Positions 19,058 to 29,027 are shown, counted from the first letter of the stretch. The stretch is DNA of 64,000 nucleotides from an uncultured Desulfurococcaceae archaeon (GCA_964531225.1 CAZHDB010000005.1:7350-71349), one strand, 5' to 3'. The notes: a model not told the origin generated them from the sequence alone. Program-made: numbers and translations.

Positions 19058-20026
19058 ATGTACAAGTACATATTTGGTCCTGTGAACTCTAGACGTCTAG
19101 GCCGTAGCCTCGGAGTTAATAATGTACCCTACAAGACGTGCTCTTACAGTTGTATATATTGCCAACTTGGCAGAACCACTCACTTTACACTGAAGAGAAA
19201 GTGTTTCTATAATTGGAGGGAAATCGTTGAGGAAATTATTAAGTTTGTTGAGGAGAGCAGGGGGAGCGTGGACTATGTTACCTTTGTACCTGATGGTGAG
19301 CCAACACTAGATGCTTGCATAGGGAGAATTATTGAAGGTGTTAAAAGAGAGTTGGATGTGAAGATCGCTGTTATAACTAATTCATCTCTACTATGGCTTA
19401 GAGACGTTCAGGAGGATCTCGCGCCAGCTGATCTAGTCTCGGTTAAAGTAGACGCTGTGAACGAGGAAATCTGGAGAAGAATAAACAGGCCGCATCCTTC
19501 ACTCAAGTTGGACAAAGTGCTTAGCGGGATTTTAGAGTTTTCAGAGAAATATAAGGGTGTACTTATATCTGAAACAATGCTTGTTCACGGAGTAAACACT
19601 AGCATAGACAGCTACAGAGGCATAGCATTATTTCTCGGAAAGCTGAAGCTAGATAAAACATATATTTCAATTCCTGTGAGACCTCCTGCAGAATCATTTG
19701 TCAAACCACCCACTGAAAAAGAATTAATTGAAGCCTACGAGGCATTCTCTAGGATACTTAGCGCTGAAAAAATCGAGTTATTAAACATGCCTGAACCACC
19801 TCCAAGTAAAGCCTTCGGAGAGCCAATAACATGGCTACTAAACACGGTATCAGTTCATCCATTAAAATACGAGTACGCCTTGAATGCGCTAAGAAACCTG
19901 GTTGAAAGCCCTGAAAAGCTTATAGAGGAGTTGATTGAAAGAGAGCTATTACTAAGAGTTGAATATGCAGGCAGTATATACATCATCAGAAACTTCAAGC
20001 AAGAACACGTAGACACCCCTCTATAA
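19058..20026 (+). CDS. Radical SAM domain protein
   Basis: CSYSCIYCQ (CxxxCxxC) cluster motif close to the N-terminus, preceded by GPVNSRRLGRSLG. Confidence 0.75.
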   Translation: MYKYIFGPVNSRRLGRSLGVNNVPYKTCSYSCIYCQLGRTTHFTLKRKCFYNWREIVEEIIKFVEESRGSVDYVTFVPDGEPTLDACIGRIIEGVKRELDVKIAVITNSSLLWLRDVQEDLAPADLVSVKVDAVNEEIWRRINRPHPSLKLDKVLSGILEFSEKYKGVLISETMLVHGVNTSIDSYRGIALFLGKLKLDKTYISIPVRPPAESFVKPPTEKELIEAYEAFSRILSAEKIELLNMPEPPPSKAFGEPITWLLNTVSVHPLKYEYALNALRNLVESPEKLIEELIERELLLRVEYAGSIYIIRNFKQEHVDTPL

Positions 20027-20180
20027 TTTCCATTAAGGACTCTTTATAAATATGTAGCTACATACTCAATAGAATAGGGAAAGCTGTGAGTATTTAAAGC
20101 AGGTAAGATTGCGATAGAATGCCTTGAACCGCATATGTGGGGTTTAGAGCTTATATTCCAGGTCTATTTATCATTGATAA

Positions 20181-20239
20181 TCAGCTGAGACAGGTTTATT
20201 CATCCCTTCTTAACTAGGTCTTTACCCCTTCCTCATCAT
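20181..20239 (-). ncRNA. C/D box sRNA candidate (weak)
   Basis: Minus strand reads ATGATGA-12 nt-GACC-13 nt-ATGAATA-12 nt(AACCTGTCTCAG)-CTGA. The D' box is poor. It lies 60 nt downstream of the small zinc-ribbon ORF. Confidence 0.35.
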
Positions 20240-20299
20240 CTAGTTGATAGTATCTAAGGTTCTTACTATAGGTTTAACGCTTAAGGAAAATGCTACGTT

Positions 20300-20455
20300 C
20301 TATTGCTCAACATATTCTATTATATCATGGTAAGTGTTATGTTTACAATAAGGACAATAATGATATAGTTTGGTAAATTCTTTCTTTAGATTATAACTTA
20401 CCTTTAAATGCCACTCTTTTTTACACTTATGGCAACGTAGTATCCAATACGGCAC
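20300..20455 (-). CDS. Small zinc-ribbon protein (51 aa, not in ORF track)
   Basis: GTG start 8 nt after the stop of the upstream ASCH gene. Product VPYWILRCHKCKKEW...YHYCPYCKHNTY carries two CxxC pairs. Confidence 0.45.
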   Translation of the reverse strand: MPYWILRCHKCKKEWHLKVSYNLKKEFTKLYHYCPYCKHNTYHDIIEYVEQ

Positions 20456-20462
20456 GATCCTT

Positions 20463-21059
20463 TCACCTCTTGATTAAACCTTTATCCTTGAGTTTATTAA
20501 GTACTTTCCGGAGTACTCTTCGCACAAGATGTCTCTTCTCAATTCCTCCAAAAAGACGATATGATGTTGCACGTATACTATTTGTTCTAGTTAAGTCAAG
20601 TAATATTTTTCTCTCCTCAGGACTAAGCTCATTAGATAGGTATCTAAGTCCCAACCTTGCCAGATCCGCCGGTTCAAGGCCCATATAAGGATGCTCTTGT
20701 GAAAGCTGATCAAGTCTTTGAATTATCTTAAATTCTATAAGTGTAACCCAATCATCATCACTTATATTTTCATAAATTTTCTTTAGCTCATTAATGAGTT
20801 CCTCACGATTTTTAAAACCATCTTTGATTGCATCTTCATCGCCTAGTTCTCTTATTCTTTTATGATATACTCGTGTAATTTTTACCTTAGCTATAGGTCT
20901 TCCTCCACCATGAATAATGATTTCTTCATATCTAGGCTTAACTATGCCCAGCCTAATAGTCAACGTCTTTTTCCCTTCAAGTATAAGGTCAACGTATCTT
21001 CCCTTTACCATTAGATGTCTTCCAATGAATCTCCTCCTCATATTAACATCCCTATTCAT
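20463..21059 (-). CDS. ASCH (PUA-like) domain protein with C-terminal helical/wHTH-like region
   Basis: N-terminal pattern VKGRYVDLILEGKKTLTIRLG...IKDGF is typical of ASCH domains. Confidence 0.55.
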   Translation of the reverse strand: MNRDVNMRRRFIGRHLMVKGRYVDLILEGKKTLTIRLGIVKPRYEEIIIHGGGRPIAKVKITRVYHKRIRELGDEDAIKDGFKNREELINELKKIYENISDDDWVTLIEFKIIQRLDQLSQEHPYMGLEPADLARLGLRYLSNELSPEERKILLDLTRTNSIRATSYRLFGGIEKRHLVRRVLRKVLNKLKDKGLIKR

Positions 21060-21173
21060 CGATGCCTAAGGTAGGCATTAGTTTATTGAGTTGTACGGTG
21101 AATTTCTAACTATTAGATAAAGGAGAAATTTTTATATGTTTAATAATGAAAATTATTGAGATAAATAATAATG

Positions 21174-23015
21174 TTATTGTACATAGCTAAAGCCCGGTCT
21201 ATGGCTTACAAAGTACGGTAAAGTTTGCGGGATCTTTGGATATCCATGCGTTTCTCTTTGTAAAATTTCTATGAATTCCTCTATATTCATTACCTTCTGA
21301 TCATTAGTTCTTCTGATTCTAACATTAATAGTGTTTGAGTCAACTTCTCTTTGTCCAATGACCACTATATATGGTATCCATTCTTTTGCAGCTTCTCTAA
21401 TCTTCTTACCAAGAGATTCATCTCGATCGTCTATATCGACTCGGAATCCATGACTCCTAATTCTTAGAGCTAATTCTTCGGCATATTTTAATTGTTTCTT
21501 TGTAATAGGGATTATGCGGACTTGGATAGGGGATATCCATGTGGGTATGTATGGAGTCTTTCCACTTAATTCTAGTTGTGCAGCAGTATCGAATACCATG
21601 TATATGTATCTTTCCAGTGAGCCAATAATAGCTGTATGTATAATTACTGGGTATTTCTTATCTCCGGTTTCAGTAATGTAGGTAATGCCAAAGCGCTCTC
21701 CATTGCCAATATCTATCTGGAAAGTTGCTATTTCACGTGGTCTTTTAAGATTATCAATAATATGGTATTCAACATTCAAGACCCAGTAATAAATACCTCC
21801 AGGTAATAGAGCGACTAATACTGGCTTACCTTCTTTTCTAACAAAATCTATTATATCATCAAAGTATTGTTCGAAGAAGTCACGGGTTATATTGTAAAGA
21901 GCTACATATTCTCTGCCGACTTTCTTAACCTCTTCAAAGATCTTTTCTTGAACCTTTTTAGAAACTTCGATAGCTTCCTTTAGATCCTTTGTAAGTATGT
22001 GAAGATCAGGCATGTAGAACTTTCTCATGCGAAAACAAATGTTTAATTCACCGCGTTTCTCGAGACGATAGCTATCAGCAAGCTCGAATACACCCATAGG
22101 TAAATTACGATAACTAATAACCCAGTCGCGAAGCATGGCAAATTGTTGATGGCAAGCTGCATATCTCAGTATATAACGGCTGCCTTCTACTTCTAACTCA
22201 TAGAGGCGATCTCCGAATAGTTTAGCATGCTCTAAAACAGGCTTTCTAGATAGATCAAATGTATTTGTACCCATAACTTTGAATATAGGTATACCAAGAC
22301 TCTGTGCAACAATCCATGAATATTGTCCAACAGCTTCCATGATAGCTGTTGCATGCGGCCCATATCTCATATGTCCATGATCACTAAATGGTTCCCATTC
22401 AAATCCAAACTTACGGCAATACTGATTAACTCTATTTATTCCGCCTGATAGTTCCTTTCCAAAAACTTCCTTTTCAACAAGTATCCTTAATTCGTCGTAA
22501 CCTGTATAATCAAATTCTTCCGGTTTATAGATCTTTCCTTCTGGAGTGAGTATTATGTATTCTTTTTTAATTTCTTGTCTAATTATTTCACCTGTTTTCT
22601 TCTTTTCAATACTTTTTGAAAGCTCGCTTAATGGATGACCCAGGCACTCAAGTTGAAAAGCTTTATACCATCCAAAAGGCGCTCTGTAGATATTAATATA
22701 TGTGCTATCCTTTAGTCTTCTCTCAAGATACTTAATGATATCAAGTGCTTTTGGCGGTGATGCAAGCCTATTTGATAGATGCGCATAAGGATATAACACT
22801 ATAGTGTCGGGCTTGACCTTGCTGGCCACATCAATGATCTCTGTAGATGCTTGATCAGCAACACTATGGTCATCGTTTTCTTCTATAGATGTAAATACAA
22901 CTAGGGCATTACTGAATTCCTTCTCTTTATTATCATCTACGGGCTCATGATCTTCTAATGCCTTTTCGGTAACACGATACCAAAATCTACGTGCATGAAT
23001 TAAGAGCAACTTCAT
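21174..23015 (-). CDS. thrS: Threonyl-tRNA synthetase, full length with archaeal-type N-terminal editing domain
   Basis: The N-terminus MKLLLIHARRFWY... resembles the archaeal ThrRS editing domain. A class II catalytic core and a C-terminal anticodon-binding domain follow. Confidence 0.85.
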   Translation of the reverse strand: MKLLLIHARRFWYRVTEKALEDHEPVDDNKEKEFSNALVVFTSIEENDDHSVADQASTEIIDVASKVKPDTIVLYPYAHLSNRLASPPKALDIIKYLERRLKDSTYINIYRAPFGWYKAFQLECLGHPLSELSKSIEKKKTGEIIRQEIKKEYIILTPEGKIYKPEEFDYTGYDELRILVEKEVFGKELSGGINRVNQYCRKFGFEWEPFSDHGHMRYGPHATAIMEAVGQYSWIVAQSLGIPIFKVMGTNTFDLSRKPVLEHAKLFGDRLYELEVEGSRYILRYAACHQQFAMLRDWVISYRNLPMGVFELADSYRLEKRGELNICFRMRKFYMPDLHILTKDLKEAIEVSKKVQEKIFEEVKKVGREYVALYNITRDFFEQYFDDIIDFVRKEGKPVLVALLPGGIYYWVLNVEYHIIDNLKRPREIATFQIDIGNGERFGITYITETGDKKYPVIIHTAIIGSLERYIYMVFDTAAQLELSGKTPYIPTWISPIQVRIIPITKKQLKYAEELALRIRSHGFRVDIDDRDESLGKKIREAAKEWIPYIVVIGQREVDSNTINVRIRRTNDQKVMNIEEFIEILQRETHGYPKIPQTLPYFVSHRPGFSYVQ

Positions 23016-23036
23016 GCGGGTATATCCTCCAACTAT

Positions 23037-23465
23037 TTATTGTACCGGAGTATATCTTTGTTCAGGAGGCTTTTGGGGTTGAGGAAGCCTCATAGGGGGT
23101 ATTGGTGGGGGCACACCAAGTGATCTACTAATGATTATTACATCTGCTATAATGTTATTAAATATTGCCTGTACTACTTGTTGTGGAATTTTCTTCTTAG
23201 ACATTATTTCGTCACGTATTTTACGGCCATCCTTGTCACGGGGCATGAATATTGCTTGGCCCTTGAGACTTATCTGTACAACTGGTGGTAAAGAGGCTAT
23301 GGCAAACGAGAAAGGAATGATTAAGGCTTCGTCCCTTCGAAACGGTGAAGCTGATGGTACTTGTAGATTTATCTGGAATTGTACTTGAGGTGGTAAGGTT
23401 TCTGATAATCTCTCGGCGTTAATGCTTGTCAAATGTACTGATAGCGTAAACATAATTTGTAGCAC
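23037..23465 (-). CDS. Hypothetical protein with Pro-rich C-terminus
   Basis: 142-aa ORF with no recognisable motif. Sits 21 nt upstream of thrS on the same strand. Confidence 0.4.
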   Translation of the reverse strand: MLQIMFTLSVHLTSINAERLSETLPPQVQFQINLQVPSASPFRRDEALIIPFSFAIASLPPVVQISLKGQAIFMPRDKDGRKIRDEIMSKKKIPQQVVQAIFNNIIADVIIISRSLGVPPPIPPMRLPQPQKPPEQRYTPVQ

Positions 23466-23534
23466 CTCTAACCATACTATACACGCTATAGTGTTTATTA
23501 AGGTTGAGTTGGAGCAATATAGGTTATAAGACCC

Positions 23535-23544
23535 TTTTATAAAA
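23535..23544 (+). promoter_or_regulatory. TATA-box-like element upstream of radA
   Basis: ttttataaaa lies about 26-35 nt upstream of the ATG at 23570, which would imply a leaderless or very short-leader transcript. Confidence 0.35.
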
Positions 23545-23554
23545 CACTAGAATA

Positions 23555-24526
23555 TTGGATGGGGTGAATATGGCAAAGGATAAACCCAGATCTATAGCAG
23601 ATCTACCTGGTGTAACAGCTTCAATAGCTAATAAGCTAATAGAAGCTGGTTTTCCAACGATAGAATCCATAGCAATATCCAGGCCGGAAGAAATTAGTCA
23701 GGCTGCCGGAATCCCTCTTACAACAGCAAATAAGATTGTGTGGGCAGCAAGGAAGGCACTTGATATAAGGTTTAAAACGGCACGAGAAGTAAAACTTGAG
23801 CGTATGAACATACAAAAGATCACCACTGGAAGCAAGAATCTTGATGACTTATTGGGAGGAGGTATTGAGACAAGAACGATAACAGAGTTCTTTGGAGAAT
23901 ATGGCACTGGCAAGACCAATATATGTCACCAATTAAGCGTTAATGTACAACTACCTCCTGAGAGAGGTGGTCTATCTGGTAAGGCAGCCTATATTGATAC
24001 AGAGGGTACTTTCCGATGGGAACGTATAGAGGCTATGTCTAGAGCTTTAGGTCTAGATCCTGATGAAGTTATGGATAATATACTGTATCAAAGGGTATAT
24101 AATAGTGATCATCAGATGGCTGTAGTCGATGAGTTATTTGTCCTTATACCTAAAGAGAACATTAGATTAGTAGTTGTTGATTCTGTAACCAGCCTGTTTC
24201 GTGCAGAATATCCTGGTAGAGAGAACCTCGCTATTAGACAGCAGAAATTAAATAAACATCTTCATCAACTCCTAAAAATGGCTGAAGCATACAATGTTGC
24301 AGTTGTGGTCACTAATCAAGTCATGGCTAGACCAGATGTATTCTATGGAGATCCGACGCAAGCTGTTGGCGGACATATACTGTACCATACTCCTGGTGTA
24401 AGGATTAAGCTTAGGAAAAGTAAGGGTAATAAGAGAATTGCACGTGTAGTTGATGCGCCACATCTACCTGAAGGAGAAGCTGTATTCATTATTACTGAAG
24501 AAGGTATACGTGATCCTGAGGATTAG
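23555..24526 (+). CDS. radA: DNA repair and recombination protein RadA
   Basis: N-terminal HhH domain, Walker A GEYGTGKT and Walker B LVVVDS. The likely true start is the ATG at 23570 (MAKDKP). Confidence 0.9.
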   Translation: MDGVNMAKDKPRSIADLPGVTASIANKLIEAGFPTIESIAISRPEEISQAAGIPLTTANKIVWAARKALDIRFKTAREVKLERMNIQKITTGSKNLDDLLGGGIETRTITEFFGEYGTGKTNICHQLSVNVQLPPERGGLSGKAAYIDTEGTFRWERIEAMSRALGLDPDEVMDNILYQRVYNSDHQMAVVDELFVLIPKENIRLVVVDSVTSLFRAEYPGRENLAIRQQKLNKHLHQLLKMAEAYNVAVVVTNQVMARPDVFYGDPTQAVGGHILYHTPGVRIKLRKSKGNKRIARVVDAPHLPEGEAVFIITEEGIRDPED

Positions 24527-25335
24527 CTAAAGGCTAAAAATAAGTACTGAATAACTAGATCGCCGAAGATCATAAATAATAATGTGCCAAGCATTATGGG
24601 AACTATATATGGTATGCCATAGGTAATAATTATATAATCATCTGGGCTAAGAAGACCCTTGCTAATAAGTTCCCTTATTAGTTTCTGATGATCTCTATAT
24701 TCTTCATCGATATCAAATGATGTCCTAATAGTTCTTTCAATTCCTTCATTAGTTACTTTAAATTCTTCTAACAAATATCTATGCTTAAGTGTTAAATAGT
24801 TTCTAGCTTTAACAGGTTTAGCTGTAGCCAGAAGTATTATTTTCTTTACAAGACTCGTCTTTAGAGAACGATATACATTCTTATATCTTATTAAATTATA
24901 AAGTATATTAAACGGGATAATTGCGGCTATAAGTAAATTCGTATACAATAATATTGGTAATATAGGGGGTAAAAGTATAGGCATAATACGTGTTCCTGCG
25001 AATAATGTATATTTGTATATAGTAGGTAATGGAAACAATAATGCTAGTTCAGCTACAACTATTACATCAGCTCCACCAATCATATCGGTTTTATATAATC
25101 CATAGAATAGTAGTGGCCCTAAAAGCATAGACGTTAGTGTATAGATTGTAAACATTGTTAGGCCGTGTTTTAGGTCTATAGGTATTGAAAACAGGAATAA
25201 TATTATTGCGCCTACAAGTGATGCCCATGCATACTTATCAGGTATATCCCTATATTTTATATCAAGTATACTGAAATAAGTAAGTACTATGAATATATAG
25301 CATATCTTCGCAATAATTAATGAGAACTCATACAT
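24523..25335 (-). CDS. A24-family prepilin/preflagellin peptidase (PibD/FlaK-like)
   Basis: Polytopic membrane protein with the two Asp motifs [10 protein letters not shown] and IGGADV. Confidence 0.7.
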   Translation of the reverse strand: MYEFSLIIAKICYIFIVLTYFSILDIKYRDIPDKYAWASLVGAIILFLFSIPIDLKHGLTMFTIYTLTSMLLGPLLFYGLYKTDMIGGADVIVVAELALLFPLPTIYKYTLFAGTRIMPILLPPILPILLYTNLLIAAIIPFNILYNLIRYKNVYRSLKTSLVKKIILLATAKPVKARNYLTLKHRYLLEEFKVTNEGIERTIRTSFDIDEEYRDHQKLIRELISKGLLSPDDYIIITYGIPYIVPIMLGTLLFMIFGDLVIQYLFLAFS

Positions 25336-25336
25336 A

Positions 25337-25729
25337 TTGATCAGCTACTCTCCGGGAGTATACATGATAAACTTAAATATAAAGTCTAGAAATATAAAGT
25401 CAATCCTCAACCAATTAAGGCCATTATTCGAATGCGGATATATAAGAATGTACTCTGTAAAAAAGAACTTAACAATACTTATAATCATTGCTAAGGGCGA
25501 GTATAATGTAAAATATTTTAAGATTAAACGTAGCGACCGTCTAAGTGGGCTTATGATCGATGTCATAGAGGCTGGGATATTCATTAACGATCATATATTA
25601 TTTTCTATTAAATGGTTTAACACCTATTATACTATAGAATTTAATAAGAAGAATCCATACATAAACATAATTGTGGGAGAAATAGACGATCTTAAAGAGA
25701 TTATTGAGGGATTAATTTGTACAGAATAA
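25337..25729 (+). CDS. Hypothetical protein
   Basis: 130-aa ORF with a TTG start. Overlaps the downstream HIT gene by 13 nt. No motif recognised. Confidence 0.35.
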   Translation: MISYSPGVYMINLNIKSRNIKSILNQLRPLFECGYIRMYSVKKNLTILIIIAKGEYNVKYFKIKRSDRLSGLMIDVIEAGIFINDHILFSIKWFNTYYTIEFNKKNPYINIIVGEIDDLKEIIEGLICTE

Positions 25730-26244
25730 TATGGTCTCCATGGAGATATGAATACATAAAGACGTTTACAAGTGGTAAAGAATATAGAGAATGTATATTA
25801 TGCATTCTTCCTAGAAAAAGCGATGAAGAATCACTGATCATACATAGAGGTAATTATACTTATGTAGTACTCAATGCCTACCCGTATAATAGTGGTCATC
25901 TAATGATTGTACCCTACAGGCATGTAAAGGATCTTAATAGTTTATCTAATGAAGAATCAATGGAACTAGTGAACAACTTGAAATATAGTATAGATGTTTT
26001 AAGAAGAGCTTTAAAACCCGATGGTTTTAATATAGGAATAAATCTTGGTAGAGTGGCTGGTGCGGGTATAGAAGACCATATACATGTACATGTAGTGCCT
26101 AGATGGTGTGGTGACAGTAATTTCATGCCAGTTATAGCTGGTATAAAATCTTTACCTATAGCTTTGCGGGAAACGTATAATTTATTAAAAAAATACTGGG
26201 TTATATATGAAGATAGTGGTGGTGAAGAAGCCCTCGATCACTGA
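25717..26244 (+). CDS. HIT (histidine triad) family nucleotide hydrolase/transferase
   Basis: Histidine triad HIHVHVVPR. The N-terminus WSPWRYEYI matches the Ap4A-phosphorylase-like HIT subgroup. Confidence 0.75.
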   Translation: MYRIIWSPWRYEYIKTFTSGKEYRECILCILPRKSDEESLIIHRGNYTYVVLNAYPYNSGHLMIVPYRHVKDLNSLSNEESMELVNNLKYSIDVLRRALKPDGFNIGINLGRVAGAGIEDHIHVHVVPRWCGDSNFMPVIAGIKSLPIALRETYNLLKKYWVIYEDSGGEEALDH

Positions 26245-26265
26245 TAAAATGATGAAGACGGGGTT

Positions 26266-27621
26266 TTACCGAGCTTTTACCTCCTTATCAACTTCTTTAA
26301 GAATACTCTCAATAATTTCAAACGCCTTATCAACAGCTTCGATGGTAATGTTTAAAGGAGGAGCTATACGCAGTGTTGATAATCCAGCACTTATGACGAG
26401 CACACCGCGTTTAAATGATTCATTTATTACTTTTGCAAGTTCTTTTTTAGCTGGTTCCTTAGTCTCTCTATTTCGGACAAGCTCTACGCCTATCATAAGT
26501 CCTTTACCACGTACATCGCCTATGATTTCAAGGTGATCTTGCAATTCTCGGAATCTCTTCATAATATATTCTCCAACCCGAGATGCGTTTTCAAGCAACC
26601 CTTCCTCTTCAATAATACGTATAACCTCTGATCCTACTCTACACGCTATTGGATTTCCGCCAAACGTTGTTGCATGGCTACCCCTTTCTAGATCCATGAT
26701 CTCTGCTCTACCCACTACGGCTGATAAGGGTAGCCCTGAAGCTATAGCCTTAGCTATAGCCACTAGATCAGGCTCTACATTCCAGTGTTGTATAGCCCAC
26801 CATTTCCCTGTACGGCCCATACCACTCTGGACTTCATCGTCGACAAGTAGTATCCCATATTCATCGGCTAATTTGCGGAGCCCGGGTAGAAAGTTATCTG
26901 GAGGTACAACATAGCCTCCTTCGCCTTGTATAGGTTCAAAGAATATTGCCGCGACTTCATCTCCATGAACGTATTTACCGAGGATGTAATCCTCTATAAA
27001 TGCTAATGCTTGCTCGCCACACTCTATAGGGTCATCTGTATTAAAGGGACATCTATACGGGTATGGGTAGGGAGCATGGATTACACATGGAAGCATTGGC
27101 GCAAACCAGCGATGCTGTACAGGTTTACTAGCTGTTAATGAATTAGCACCCATAGTTCTACCATGAAACGCTCCATAAAATGCTATCAGATAAGGCCTCT
27201 TGTTGCGGAAATGTCCACGACTAATCTTTATACACGCCTCTATAGCCTCTGCACCACTGTTTCCATAGAATACTTTTTTATCACCACCCATAGGAGCTAT
27301 TGATACCAATTTCTCAGCAAGATCTACAGCTTCTCTATAGTAGAAATCCGTTAAACTATAATGAGTGATCTTGCCTAGCATTTCCTTTAAGGCATTCAAT
27401 ACTCTAGGATGATTATGTCCAACATTAAGTACTGCGAGACCACTATTAAAATCAATGTACCTATTACCATCAACATCTTCTACAATAAATCCGTCTCCAC
27501 GTTCAATAACAAGCGGATACCAACGTACAAATGATTGCATTAGAAGTTTTTCATCACGTTCAAGTATTTCTTTAGCTTTTGGTCCAGGAGGTTCTACTTT
27601 TATTAAGGGGGCATCAACCAT
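26266..27621 (-). CDS. Class III PLP-dependent aminotransferase (4-aminobutyrate/acetylornithine type)
   Basis: Motifs GNSGAEA, DEVQSGMGRTGK and a PLP-lysine region IAKAIASG. Confidence 0.8.
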   Translation of the reverse strand: MVDAPLIKVEPPGPKAKEILERDEKLLMQSFVRWYPLVIERGDGFIVEDVDGNRYIDFNSGLAVLNVGHNHPRVLNALKEMLGKITHYSLTDFYYREAVDLAEKLVSIAPMGGDKKVFYGNSGAEAIEACIKISRGHFRNKRPYLIAFYGAFHGRTMGANSLTASKPVQHRWFAPMLPCVIHAPYPYPYRCPFNTDDPIECGEQALAFIEDYILGKYVHGDEVAAIFFEPIQGEGGYVVPPDNFLPGLRKLADEYGILLVDDEVQSGMGRTGKWWAIQHWNVEPDLVAIAKAIASGLPLSAVVGRAEIMDLERGSHATTFGGNPIACRVGSEVIRIIEEEGLLENASRVGEYIMKRFRELQDHLEIIGDVRGKGLMIGVELVRNRETKEPAKKELAKVINESFKRGVLVISAGLSTLRIAPPLNITIEAVDKAFEIIESILKEVDKEVKAR

Positions 27622-27728
27622 AACTGATCCTCCACATACTAAGAATAATTCTACGATAATAATATGTTGTCTAAGCAGAATAAATATCTATCTCTATACA
27701 TATCAATATCTAGATAGGTAGAGAGATT

Positions 27729-27950
27729 ATGTTGCTCGCGAAAGAAGACTTCAGAATTATAGATAAATATCTTTTCCTAAACCAAACAAGGTTTCGTATT
27801 CAAGTTAGAGGTACTAATATAGTATTTAACGTACAAGCAGATAATGAAGATGAGGCCCTTGAAAAAGCTGTTGATCTTGCAAGAGAGACGGGATTATCTA
27901 GAGAAATAATTGACAAGATAAGAGAGCGTATTAAAGCCGGTCATCAATGA
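27729..27950 (+). CDS. Hypothetical small protein
   Basis: 73-aa ORF with no motif. Confidence 0.35.
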   Translation: MLLAKEDFRIIDKYLFLNQTRFRIQVRGTNIVFNVQADNEDEALEKAVDLARETGLSREIIDKIRERIKAGHQ

Positions 27951-27992
27951 TACACAATTATATAAACTGCATACACAGATGTTAACTATTAG

Positions 27993-28052
27993 ATGAAGAC
28001 ACTTGCCCCCCATGGACTCTTATAAGGGGATGATGACATTACCGCGAACTGA
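27993..28052 (+). ncRNA. C/D box sRNA candidate
   Basis: ATGAAGA-12 nt(CACTTGCCCCCC)-ATGG-14 nt-ATGATGA-12 nt(CATTACCGCGAA)-CTGA, in a convergent intergenic gap. C and D' are imperfect. Confidence 0.45.
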
Positions 28053-28056
28053 TATT

Positions 28057-28296
28057 CTATATTCTTTTAGCCTTAACCTTTTTAAGTAATTCAAGTCTTT
28101 CTTCAAATTCTTCAATAATTTTTCCGATGTATTTACCCAAGGTTTCTTCAGGAACTCTTTCAAGTAATAGTTTTAGAAATCTTGAGGCACATCTACTACT
28201 ATGAAATGTTAGCTTATACGTGCCATACTCTATAACTATACCTTGTCCGTGGGGAAATTTTCTACCACATACAATACACGTGTATTTGGTCTTCAT
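28057..28296 (-). CDS. L24e/TRASH-like zinc-ribbon protein (paralogue, not the ribosomal protein itself)
   Basis: CIVCGRKFPHGQG...TFHSSRC follows the L24e CxxCG..PG.G...F.SS.C pattern, with His replacing the third Cys. The C-terminal helix is unrelated. Confidence 0.4.
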   Translation of the reverse strand: MKTKYTCIVCGRKFPHGQGIVIEYGTYKLTFHSSRCASRFLKLLLERVPEETLGKYIGKIIEEFEERLELLKKVKAKRI

Positions 28297-29027
28297 TATT
28301 CTTCACACTCTTTAATAGCTCCAGTATTTAGTAATCTATCTCTTAACTCGCTAATTCGCTCACTATACAGTCTAAGCTTAAAGCCTTTAGCCTTGGGATT
28401 AATTATTTCTATGAATTTCCTTTTGGGATTATATTTGAAACACTGTCCTTCCTCAAATCTTACAAACATTCTTTCGTTAGTTAAAACTCCTTTTTTATAG
28501 ACAGAGAATTTTTGAGGTAACATTATATTTTCGACGGTAAATCTATTTAATAAAAGTATTCTTATGACAGTAATAGCTGAGAATACAACCTCGTACATTA
28601 TGAAGAAATTGAGAAAGGATACAAGTATAGGATCTTTAGTAATTCTATCTATTAATTCACTAACGAAGGGTGCTATAAGAGTTGGATATATAGAGAAGAT
28701 CACAAGTGCTATTGGTAGCGTAGCAAAGCCTAACATCATACCTTTCATTTGTTTCATGAGCTCTTTATTTAGTAGTTTATCGGTCATAGCGATCTTCATG
28801 GCATTTGGCTCCTTAAATAGTAAACTCTTAAGATCTTCGGGCTTAGGCTTGGTTTTCCTCATTGTGGTATATGAGGTGATACCCATGAGCAAGAACATGT
28901 ATAATATTATTACCAGCCAAAAATATTGTCTAAGGAATACTGATATAAATGAGAAGGCTATGATAGATGCTTGAGAGATCGCGATCATCTTCTTATTTGA
29001 TGGTTGCCCATTCATATTATTAAGCAC
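28296..29027 (-). CDS. Hypothetical membrane protein with soluble C-terminal domain
   Basis: 243 aa with four to five TM segments followed by a roughly 80-aa soluble tail. Overlaps the downstream gene by 1 nt. Confidence 0.45.
   Translation of the reverse strand: MLNNMNGQPSNKKMIAISQASIIAFSFISVFLRQYFWLVIILYMFLLMGITSYTTMRKTKPKPEDLKSLLFKEPNAMKIAMTDKLLNKELMKQMKGMMLGFATLPIALVIFSIYPTLIAPFVSELIDRITKDPILVSFLNFFIMYEVVFSAITVIRILLLNRFTVENIMLPQKFSVYKKGVLTNERMFVRFEEGQCFKYNPKRKFIEIINPKAKGFKLRLYSERISELRDRLLNTGAIKECEE

Noticed and set aside
18886-19092. 68-aa ORF overlapping the radical SAM gene start
   Set aside because: It uses an alternative start codon, overlaps a well-supported gene out of frame, and has no motif.
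26207-26914. Plus-strand ORFs (109 and 72 aa) inside the aminotransferase gene, and similar antisense ORFs elsewhere in the track (e.g. 752-967, 2256-2993, 9257-9645, 41286-41855)
   Set aside because: All lie within longer, motif-supported genes on the opposite strand or in another frame, so they are treated as shadow ORFs.
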